DNA of 64,000 nucleotides from the NCBI GenBank assembly GCA_008632985.1, contig QPGO01000038.1:149939-213938 (forward strand), given 5' to 3'. Shown here piece after piece: positions 1 to 11,274 of this stretch (position 1 is the first letter of the stretch; every line of letters starts with the position of its first letter). The notes under the pieces were generated by a model. The model made no database searches, was not told where the DNA came from, and saw only the letters and a program-made list of their open reading frames with translations. The position numbers were made by a program, and so were the translations under genes. This DNA is from Psammoneis japonica. Lineage: Eukaryota.

Positions 1-437
1 CAGCGCATGTGTGTGAGGTGATTGTGAGATGTTTGCCAGATGTGCACAAAATGTGTGAGATCTGTTTTTGAGGTGTGCACAAGGTGCGCATGAGATGTGC
101 TCATGATGTGTGTGAGATGTTTTTGAGATGTGTGTGAAGTGGTGCATGTGAGGGGTTTACAAGATGTGCACAAGATGCACACAAAAAAGTTTGAAAAATG
201 TGTGCAAGGTGTGCAAGAGGTTTTTGCAAAATGTGCGCAAGGTGTGTGCGTTGGCACTTGTGAGATGTGTGCAATGTGTGTGTGAGGTGTTTGTGAGATG
301 TTTGTGAGATGACATGTGAAACACTCAAAAGATGTGTGAGATGTGTGCAAGGTGCTTGTGAGACATGTGCAAGGCATTGGCCAGAGGTGTGTGTGCAATG
401 TTTGAAAGATGTGTGCAGAACATTTGGGAGACATGCG

Positions 438-1760
438 GGAGCTTTCTGCCAGACATGTGCAAAAGTGTTTGTGAGATGTGCATCTGGTGTGCAAGGCACA
501 TGTGTGAAGTGCTTTTTCAAGAGCCCTGTGCAAAAGAGCTGTGACACAAACTCCCGTTGGAGCATTTTGTGGTCACTGTGCTGAGCTTTCATCTGCTTTC
601 TCATCCAATGCATGCCCAACCACTGATTTGCAGGTGCACTCTCCATTGTAAACTCTGGCACTCATTTCCATCTCAACAACATTTGATGGCATGGCATGTG
701 TTTTCACAAAATTCTTTTGGCTGTTTTTCATTCTCAGACAACAGCCAAGGACCAAAGAATGCATGTGAAGCTGACAACAACTCCAGCAAGCATGTGGACA
801 TTGACTGCAAGCAAGGTTTTCTGTGTCTTGCACCCCAGCTTCCTTTGCTCAGTGTCAGAGGTCACTCTGGGACAGGCACAGAGCTGAGATGGAGAGAGAT
901 GGGTGTTTGACCTCCTCTGTTCTCCAGCTTCAAAAGTGCCCAACTCCCCTGGGAGAGCAGCTTCTCACACAGCAATGGCGCTTGCATGCATCAGCCCTTT
1001 TCTTGGATTTTCTGGCATTCCTTTTGCAGCTGCAAGCATGTGTTGCTTTGACTTCCACTTCTGCCATGCCAGCAAGGGATCGCCCCAAATGTGCTCAATG
1101 CACAAGATTGAGCATGCCTTTCCAAATGCTCTTGTTGCACAACTCGTTCATCAAACAAAAAGTGCGCCACATCACAGGCTTCACACTTGCACACTCCCTG
1201 TGCACCCAAAACAGGATGGGACAATTGTCTGCCAGATCACCTTTGCAGATGAAAATGGCAGGCCCTTTCCATGATCTGACCTTCAAAAAATCAGCAAAGC
1301 CTTTGTTGGGTTGACCCAAGAACTCCTGATGTGCTTGAAACATGCTCTCATCACCGTCAATTTTCTCCAACACAAAAGAAGCTGCCAAGAGCATGGCACA
1401 GCATTTTGTTTGTCTTTCAACACAGGTCCAGCCAAGGAGGGCATGCTGTGTGCCAGCGTGCCATGGTGTGCTGAGCTGGACAAACTGCAGCGCTTCTGGA
1501 GCATGACGGAGGCAGTCTTGGGACCCATGCCAGCAGGGAGTGTGGAGCAATTTTTTGGAATTTTGCACGCAGAAATGTGCGCGCAAAACACACGATGGAT
1601 GACAAAAACAATTGTGTCACAGATCAGCACTGTGAGCTCCCACCTGGGGCTGGAGCGCATCATTTCCACGTGTGATCTTCAAAAAAATTGTTCCAGACTC
1701 ACTGTTTTGCAAAACCCCAGATGTTTTGTTTGCAGCAAAATTGCAAGACCATCAATGCTC
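438..1760. repeat. Macrosatellite complex block A (other copies ~5704-7020, ~19066-20385, truncated ~24253-24509)
   Basis: Near-identical copies visible by eye, and the ORF track repeats the same peptides (e.g. NSFGCFSFSDNSQGPKNACEAD). Confidence 0.9.
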
Positions 1761-3989
1761 CAGGTGTGCAAGATGTGTGCACAAGATGCAAGCAAGATGT
1801 GTGTCAAATGCATGTGAGGTGCTTGGGTGAGATGTGTGCAAAATGTTTGAAAGAAGCGCGTGGGATGTGCGCAAGATGCACACAAACAAAATGTGCATGA
1901 CACACAAGACACACGCAAGGTGTTTGTGAGATGTTTGCAAAACATTTGTGAAGAAGTGTGTGTGAGGTGTTTTGCCAGGTGTGTGCACTGAGCATGTCAA
2001 ATGTTTGAAAGACCATGCTGTGTGTGAGATGTGTGTGAAGTGTTTGAAAGATGTGCGTGAGATGTGCACGGGTGTTTGCAAAATGTGGTGATTGCAAGAT
2101 CATGTGTGCAAAACATTTGAAAGATGTGTGCAAAGCACTCAAGAGATGTGCATGAGATGTGTGTGTGAGGTGTTGGCAAGATGCTCACAATTGTGCAAGG
2201 TGGGTGCAGGGTGTTTGCAAGACATGTGTGAGTGCAAGACATGTGTGCAAGATGTGTGTGCAAGATGTGTGTGCAAGACGTGTCTGCAAGACGTGTGTGC
2301 AAGATGTGTGTGAAGTGCATGCAAAATGCGCAAGGCATCAGCAAGATGTTTGAGAGATGTGTGCAAAATGTTTGGACAATGTGTGTGTGAGATGTGCACA
2401 AGGCATTTGCAAAAAATTTGCATGAGATGTGTGTGTAAAATGTGTCCCAAGATGAGTGCAAGGTGTTTGCAAAATGTGTGCAAGGTGTTTGTGAGATGTT
2501 TGCAAGCAGGTGTGTGTGGCACGTGCACAAAACATTTGAGTGATGTGTGCAAAGTGTTTGCAAAATGTGTGTGAGATGTGTGTGGTGTGCAAGAGATGTG
2601 TGTGCCATGGGTGTGTGCCAGACCTGTGCAAGGCATTTGTGTGACAGGTGCAAAGCATGTGGGAGCTGCACAGGAGCTGTGCTCCAGACATGTGCAGGGC
2701 ATTTGTGAGATGTGTGCATGATTTGCAAGACAGCACATGCAAGATGTTTGCAAATTTTTCGTGAGATGTGTGCATGGTGTGTGTGATCTTTTTATGATGT
2801 GTTTGTGAGATGTGTGCAAGATGTGTGCAAGGTTCTTGCAAGATTTGGTGTTTGCAAGGTGTGCACAAAATGTTTGAAAGATGTGCGCGAGACATGCGCA
2901 TGATGCGAGTGAGGAGCTGGCAAGGTGTGTCTGTGTGACGCCAGCAAAATGTGTGCAAGCTGTGCACAAGCACATTGTGTGTGAGGTGTTTGTGAGATGT
3001 GTGCAAGATGTGTTTGTGAAATGTGTGGGAGATGTGTGCAAAATGTTTGGATGATGTGCACGAGATGCGCGTGAGATGTGTGCAAGGCATTTGCAAAATG
3101 TGCGCGACACGTGCACAAAATGTTTGAAAGATGTGCGCGGCATGCACAAAAGACGTGAGCAACACATGTGCAAGGTGTGCACAGCATGTGTGCCAGACCT
3201 GTGTGGGGCATTTGTGTTGTGTGTGTGAGGCACAGCAGAGATGTGCAGGAGCTGCACACCTGAAATGTGCATGGTGTGCAAGACATGTGTGTGCAAAACA
3301 TTGAAAGATGCACGCAAGGTGTGCCAGATGTGTTCAATGCATGTGTGTGGGGTGTTTGTGAGATGTGCACAGCATGTGCATGATTTGTTTGTGAGATGTT
3401 TTCCAGGTGTGTGTGTGAAATGTGTGCAGAGCATGTGTGGTCAGTGTGCAAGATGTGTGCAACATGCACACCAGATGTGTGCAAGGTGTGTGCAAGATGT
3501 GTGTGAAGTGGTGTGCGTGAGGTGTTTGCAAGATGTGCGTGAAATGTTTGAAAGGTTCGTGAGAGGCAATTGAAAGATGCGTGCACAAAGTGCATGTGAT
3601 GTGTTTGCACAATGTGCACAAGGTGTGTGCAGGACATTTGTGAGATGTGCGCACAATGTGTGTGCAAGGTGTTTGACAGATGTTTGTGAGATGTGCAAAA
3701 CATTTGAAAGATGTGTGCACAAGATGTGCGTGGGATGTGTGTGAGATGTGTGCAAAGTGTTTGTGAGGTGTTTGCAGTGCATGTGCAAGATGTGCACAAA
3801 TGTTTGAAACATGTGCACAAGATGTGTGTGGGGTGTTTGCAAGATGTGCGTGAGATGTTGGCCAACATTGTGTGAGGTGTGTGTGTTTGAGATGTGTGCA
3901 AAATGTGTGTGTCACATTTGCAAGATGTGTCAAGATGTGCACAAAACATTTGAAAGATGTGCGCAACATGTGTGCAAGGTGTGTGCGAG

Positions 3990-4830
3990 ATGTTTGAAGC
4001 ACAGCAGGAGTTTGGTCAACCCAACAAAGATTTTGCTCACTCAGAAGATTTGACCCCCACTGTCTCCATCTGCAAATGTCATTCAGCAGAGATCCATCTC
4101 ATCCTGTCTTGGGTGCACAGGGCAAGTCATGTGAGAAAAGCTTTTGGAAGGATGATGCGCTCAATCCCGCACATTGAGCATGTTTGGAGATCCATTGCGG
4201 GCATGTGAAAGAAGCAGAGGACAAAGCAACACATGCCCACAGCTGCAAAGAAAGACCAGAAGATCCAGGAAGAAAGGGCTTCATGCACAAGTGCCGCAGC
4301 TGTGTGAGAAGCTGCTCCTGTGGGAGCTGGGCATTTTTTGGTGCTGATGGAACAGAGAAGGTCAAGCACCCATCTCTCCTCCCAACCTTGGCTCTGCACC
4401 CACCCCAGAATGACCTCTGATGCTGAGCAAAGGAGGTCAAGGTGCAAGACATGGGGAAACCCACAGAGTCGGCAGCCCCCCATGTGCTCAGTTTTGTGCC
4501 ACTCTTTGGCCCTTGGCTGTTGTCTGAGAATGAAAAAAGGCAAAAGACTCTCATGGTGCAAGCATGTTGTGCCAACAAATTTTGTTGAGATGCTGATGAG
4601 TGCCGGGGTTCACACCAGAGAGTGCATCTGCAAATGTGGGGTTGGACACACTTTGCATGAGAAAGCTCCTGGAAAGCTGAGCACAAGCGCAATGACTGCA
4701 AAATGTGCCAACAAAGTTTGTGCCACAACTCTTTTGCAGGTGGCTCTTGCTTTGACAAATCACCTCACTCGTGCTCCATGCACACCAGACACACATTTCA
4801 CAAACACCTTGCACACGTCTGAGGCATTTG
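3990..4830. repeat. Macrosatellite complex block B, a diverged inverted paralog of block A (other copies ~16907-17750, ~22528-23368)
   Basis: B (+) aligns to the reverse complement of A ~440-1345, e.g. ggctgttgtctgagaatgaaaaa, gctgtgtgagaagctgctc, caaagcaacacatgc, ggtcaacccaacaaag. Confidence 0.9.
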
Positions 4831-7800
4831 AGACATGCAGGAGCTGTGTGGCTGACTTGTGTGGCGTGTTTGCAAGATGTGTGTGCAAGCAGTTTGCAGG
4901 GCACACATGTGCACAATGTTTGAAAGATGCACACGAGGTGCATGTGAGGTGCGCAAGATGTGCGCATGTGGCAAGAAGCACGTGTGTGAGGTGTTTGCCA
5001 GACATGTGTAAAATGTGTGTCATGTGTTTGCAAGACATGTGTGCAAGCTGTGTGCAAAACATTTGAAATGTTGCGTGCAAGAAGCGCCACAAATGTGTGC
5101 GAGGTGTTTGCAAAATGTGTGTGCAAGGTGTGTGCAAGGCATTTGTGAGATGTGTGCAATGTGTGTGCAAGGTGATTGCAAGATGTGTGCAGTGCATGTG
5201 TGTGAGGTGTTTGTGAGATGTTTGCCAGATGTGCGCAAAATGTGTGTGATCTGTTTTTGAGGTGTGCACAAGGTGCACACAAGATGTGCTCATGATGCAT
5301 GTGAGATGTTTTTGAGATGTGTGTGAAGTGGTGCATGTGAGGGGTTTACAAGATGTGCACAAGATGCACACAAAAAAGTTTGAAAGATGTGTGCAAGGTG
5401 CACAAGAGGTTTTTTCAAAATGTGCGCAAGGTGTGTGCGTTGGCACTTGTGAGATGTGTGCAATGTGTGTGTGTGAGGTGTTTGTGAGATGTTTGCGAGA
5501 TGACATGTGAGACACTCAAAAGATGTGTTGATGGTGTGCACAGCACATTTGGGAGGTGCAAGATGTGTGAAAAATGTTTGAAAAATGTGTGTGTGCATGT
5601 GTGAGATGTGTGCAAGGTGCTTTTGAGACATGTGCAAGGCATTGGCCAGAGGTGTGTGTGCAATGTTTGAAAGATGTGTGCAGAACATTTGGGAAACATG
5701 CGGGAGCTTTCTGCCAGACATGTGCAAAAGTGTTTGTGAGTTGCGCATCTGGTGTGCAAGGCACATGTGCGAAGTGCTTTTTCAAGAGCCCTGTGCAAAA
5801 GAGCTGTGACACAAACTCCCATTGGAGCATTTTGTGGTCATTGTGCTGAGCTTTCATCTGCTTTCTCATCCAATGCATGCCCAACCACTGGTTTGCAGAT
5901 GCACTCTCCATTGTGAACTCTGGCACTCATTTCCATCTCAACAACATTTGGTGGCATGGCATGTTTGCACAAAATTCTTTTGGCTGTTTTTCATTCTCAG
6001 ACAACAGCCAAGGACCAAAGAATGCATGTGAAGCTGACAACAACTCCAGCAAGCATGTGGACATTGACTGCAAGCAAGGTTTTCTGTGTCTTGCACCCCA
6101 GCTTCCTTTGCTCAGTGTCAGAGGTCACTCTGGGACAGGTGCAGAGCTGAGATGGAGAGACATGGGTGTTTGACCTCCTCTGTTCTCCAGCTTCAAAAGT
6201 GCCCAACTCCCCTGGGAGCAGCTTCTCACACAGCAATGGCGCTTGCATGCATCAGCCCTTTTCTTGGATTTTCTGGCATTCCTTTTGCAGCTGCAAGCAT
6301 GTGTTGCTTTGACTTCCACTTCTGCCATGCCAGCAAGGGATCCCCCCAAATGTGCTCAATGCACAAGATTGAGCATGCCTTTCCAAATGCTCTTGTTGCA
6401 CAACTCATTCATCAAACAAAAAGTGCGCCACAACACAGGCTTCACACTTGCACACTCCCTGTGCACCCAAAACAGGATGAGACAATTGTCTGCCAGATCA
6501 CCTTTGCAGATGAAAATGGCAGGCCCTTTCCATGATCTGTCCTTCAAAAAATCAGCAAAGCCTTTGTTGGGTTGACCCAAGAACTCCTGATGTGCTTGAA
6601 ACATGCTCTCATCATCGTCAATTTTCTCAACACAAAAGAAGCTGCCAAGAGCATGGCACAGCATTTTGTTTGTCTTTCAACACAGGTCCAGCCAAGGAGG
6701 GCATGCCATGCACCAGTGTGCCATGGTGTGCTGAGCTGGACAAATTGCAGCACTTCTGGAGCATGACGGAGGCAGTCTTGGGACCCATGCCAGCAGGGAG
6801 TGTGGAGCAATTTTTTGGAATTTTGCGCGCAGAAATGTGCGTGCAAAACACACGATGGATGACAAAAACAATTGGTCACAGATCAGCACTGTGAGCTCCC
6901 ACCTGGGGCTGGAGTGCATCATTTCCATGTGTGATCTTCCAAAAAATTGTTCCAGACTCACTGTTTTGCAAACCCCAGATGTTTTGTTTGCAGCAAAATT
7001 GCAAGACCATCAATGCTCCAGGTGTGCAAGGTGTGTGCAAGATGTGTGCACAAGATGCAAGCAAGATGTGTGTCAAATGCATGTGAGGTGCTTGGGTGAG
7101 ATGTGTGCAAAATGTTTGAAAGATGTGTGCGGGATGTGCGCAAGATGCACACAAACAAAATGTGCATGACACACAAGACATGCACAAGGTGTTTGTGAGA
7201 TGTTTGCAAAACGTTTGTGAAGAAGTGTGTGTGAGGTGTTTTGCCAGGTGTGTGCACTGAGCATGTCAAATGTTTGAAAGACCATGCTGTGTGTGAGATG
7301 TGTGTGAAGTGTTTGAAAGATGTGCGTGAGATGTGCACAGGTGTTTGCAAAATGTGGTGATTGCAAGATCATGTGTGCAAAACATTTGAAAGATGTGCAC
7401 AAAGCACTCAAGAGATGTGCATGAGATGTGTGTGTGAGGTGTTGGCAGATGCTCACAATTGTGCAAGGTGAGTGCAGGGTGTTTGCAAGACATGTGTGCA
7501 AGATGTGTGTGAAGTGCGCGCAAAATGCGCAAGGCATCAGCAAGATGTTTGAGAGATGTGTGCAAAATGTTTGGACAATGTGTGTGTGTGAGATGTGCAC
7601 AAGGCATTTGCAAAATTTGCATGAGATGTGTGTGTGAAATGTGTCCCAAGATGAGTGCAAGGTGTTTGCAAAATGTGTGCAAGGTGTTTGTGAGATGTTT
7701 GCAAGCAGGTGTGTGTGTCACGTGCACAAAACATTTGAGTGATGTGTGCAAAGTGTTTGCAAAATGTGTGTGAGATGTGTGTGGTGTGCAAGAGATGTGT

Positions 7801-8336
7801 GTGCCATGGGTGTGTGCCAGACCTGCACAAGGCATTTGTGTGGCAGGTGCAAAGCATGTGGGAGCTGCGCAGGAGCTGTGCTCCAGACACACAGGAAACA
7901 AGAATCCACGGAATCACACGGAATGTGTGCGCGACTCTGTCACGAAAGGCCTCAAAACCGACTCTGTCACAAAAGGCCTCAAAACGGAACATGAATGACA
8001 TGGTGCAAAATGAAAAAAGCCTCATCAAAATCCGCATCACATTCCAACGTGTGCACTCATTCCACACCCAAGACGCAATTTGCACATTCCGTTTGCCATT
8101 TCGTTTGTCAGAAAGAGGCCACTCATTTTAAATTCCATTTGCTGTTCCTTTTGCTGCACTCCGTTTGTGGATTCCTTTCACTCAACCAATGACACGGAAT
8201 GCAACAGCTTCACTTTCCGTGTTGTGGTCGGAATGTGGCATGTCATCTCTAGAGCTTGTGATGTGGAATGCTTTGCGGAGTCAAGCGAAACTCCAAAACG
8301 GGATTGTTGTGCTGCTGCACTTCCATGCACAGCGAG

Positions 8337-8522
8337 TGACAGAATGCCAAAGGTCAATGATGACAGAGGCATGAAAGCTCCCCAAGCACTGGGACTGTGA
8401 CAACATGAGCACCAGCAGATGAGAAAGTGAGAGGCAGATCTCAGAGAGATCTGCTCGTCTGTCTAAATGGTTCGGTCATCATCCATGTGCAGTCTGTTCA
8501 TTGTGCGATGGGCAGACTGACA
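8337..8522 (-). repeat. 3' LTR of the Copia element (186 bp)
   Basis: tgacaga...ctgaca; aligns end to end with 13969-14155; followed on + by ccctcccct (PPT complement). Confidence 0.95.
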
Positions 8523-8689
8523 CCCTCCCCTGATCTGCAATGTCTCAAAAACAGAAGACAGTGCAGATCAAAACAAGAACAGGGATGATGTGAACAGAGC
8601 GACCAGAAAGAGGACACCAAATGTGTCCAAGCCCAATGTGCATCAAATGACGGGGCAACATGCAGCAGGGAGGCCACCCAGGAAAAATG

Positions 8690-11274
8690 TCAACGGCAGT
8701 GTCCCATCATGCGTCGAGCATGGCAAGCATGGAGCACCCACCCAAGAGCCTTGGTGAGGTCATCACTGGGGTTGATGATGCCAGGGATGTGTCCAGTGAC
8801 AATCTTGCCTGCTTCCTTCCATTCTTGAATCGTGAAGAACTGAGTCTCAATGTGGTGTGAACGCTTGGTTGGAATCGAATGATTGATGATCTTGATGGCC
8901 AATTTGTTGTCAACATGCAAAGGGGTTGGCTTCATTTGGGAACAACCAAGGTCATGCAGCACATGGCGAAGGCAAAGAACATGCTTGGTGGTGGCACCAG
9001 CAGCACAGAATTCTGCTTCTGTAGAACTCGCAGCTGTCACCGACTGCGTCTTGCAACAAAAGGAGACAGCAGCACCAGCTGACATGCAAGCATGTCCCAT
9101 CGTGGAATGTCGATTGCGAAGATCATTTCCGTGTGCAGCATCAAGGAAGGCAACAAGTTGATGGTCATGCTCAGGAGCAGGGAATGATGGGAGAGACGGG
9201 TCGGGACTCAAGCGTTCATGCGGACAGGCAGGGAGGCTCGGGTCACGTTTAGATTTCTTGCAGTTCAATTCCCAATGTTTGATGCGTCGGAGACACTTGC
9301 ATGCATCCTTGAGTGCATTGCAGTGCACCGCTGCAGGACAAGTGGAGAACTTGGAAAGGGCAGTGATGGCACAGCCAATGTCAAGTCGACAGACAACACA
9401 TGCATGCAATGGCTCACCAAGGAGGGCACGGCATCCAAACCCAGCAGCTTGTTGTAGCTCCGCATGTTCCAGTGTGCCTTCAGCAGACCAATGGCAGTGT
9501 AAAGATCGCGAACAGAATCCACCAGAATTGGAGTCGCCTTAAAATCATCAAGCAGTTCTTCATCACTTGGTGTGGACCAACCATGTGAGAGGCAAACACG
9601 GTCGATGCAATTGTGGATGGCGACACCAATCAAGTCATCATGCTGATGGATGTCCACACCATTGAATTCCTCCAGGAGGCCAAGGCACTTGAAAGGTGGA
9701 GCAGTTTCTGAGTCCAATTGAAGGGCTTTGCCAATCCTGTCATAGATTGTCTTGGCAATGGACTCTTCGGGGCAAGCAATGGCGAAGTCATCGACCTGGC
9801 AAAGGAGCAAAATTTTGTGTCCTTCAAATGCAGCAGAGCAGACACATTTGTCATGAGTGGTGTTCCGAAACAAAAGATTCACATCAGATGAGATGCCATC
9901 AATGTGATTCTCCCAGAGCATGCCGGCTTCTGGGTGTCCTTGAAGAGCATGTTGCACAGGGAGGACCACACTCATGTCCAACTCCTTTCCAAATCGAGAC
10001 TTGTGCCAAGTCGCATGTGCATCATCAATGGCAACGTGTGCAGGATGTGACAGGCGGGGAGAGTGGGCACAGGCATCTCGGGCATCACCGCCATGTGCCG
10101 GACAACCCATTGTAGCTGCCAGGGCAAACAACATCCGTTGGACAGGTTGCTCAACACAGGAGGAGCATGTTGAATGGAGACGATGGAGAACAGATGCAGC
10201 ATGAGGGGAGCCATCGCAACACTGATGAGAGTGCCACGTGCCGTCATGTTTGAGGTCATGTTGCCAGTGTGGTCTCAGTGCAACTGCATCCTTTGGACGT
10301 TTGACAGGAGCACCAAACATGCCCAACTCATGAAACTGGTCAAGTTGTTTAAATTCGCCCGCACGCCACTCAGGCCAAGCACCCAATTGCTTGAGGCAAT
10401 GGCGAGTGAAAGTGCCCAAGGCTTGTTCCTCTGGGGCAATTGCACGGGAGGAGATTGCACGGATGTTGACGACACCATTGTCGCAGTCAACACACACAGG
10501 TGGCAGGACGTCATCATCGTCAACAGCTTCAAAATCAGTGTCGGGATGGCGCACCGCAGCAATGGCACGTGTGTCGGCCTGTGCAAGTTCTGGGACATGT
10601 TCATTGTCAGGGTCCGGGGCAGGGGAGAAGATGTTGTGCTCCATCAGAGCATGTTGGAGAGCTTGAGAGTCCAAGCGACGTTCTGGCATGACTTCAATTT
10701 CAAAATGTGTCTTGCCAGACTCATGCAACTGCTGGAAACACTTGACAGCATCGTCACGGGTAAAAACTGGTTGATGATCAATCGATGCGATGTGCGCGCC
10801 TTTGATCTTGCTGCGGGTCACCTTCAAGTTCGAGAAGAGATGAGCAGTGGGGGAACCATGTTGAATGTCCGAGACAAAAACACATTGGTGCAGATCATCC
10901 ACAGCTGAAGAGAAGCCATGAGTGGGATCCGTGAATGGTCCTTTCATGATGCGTGTGATGGTCTTGGCAAAAGGGTTGCCATGGAAGTGGAGTTCATCCA
11001 CAGCAGTCTCTTCAGTGTCAGCAGGGAGGGCATCACCAGCCTGAGTGCATTGCAAATGAACAACATTCGGGGGAATAGAGTCGTGGGGTAAATCATTCAT
11101 CCCCTCATCACATCTGATGTGCTTGGCCAGCTCAACACGCGATGTCTTGGTGTCGCACCACAAAATGTTCTTGGTGGCATCCGGAAGGCATCCCAAGAAA
11201 ATCCCTTTGCGGGAGACGGTCCGGAATTTCGCTGGACGGTGATTCGCCCCATTGAAAATCTGGAGACTGGACAA
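8690..11274 (-). pseudogene. pol: Copia pol remnant: integrase C-terminal (SH3-like) region, PDZ-like insert, reverse transcriptase, RNase H; frameshift near 9400-9490
   Basis: SRKGIFLG, ALQGHPEAG, LLCQVDDF (RT catalytic), DAAHGND, SSTEAEF, PLHVDN, NPSDDLTKALG (Copia RNase H). Confidence 0.93.

Noticed and set aside
1760..3990. CRISPR array or telomeric repeat
   Set aside because: No constant repeat with unique spacers and no exact short telomeric unit; it is irregular degenerate TG-rich filler in a eukaryotic context.
8690..11274. Alternative genetic code or RNA editing making the Copia ORF functional
   Set aside because: Neighbouring host genes use Tyr codons normally, and the element has frameshifts, a deletion and LTR divergence showing DNA-level decay.
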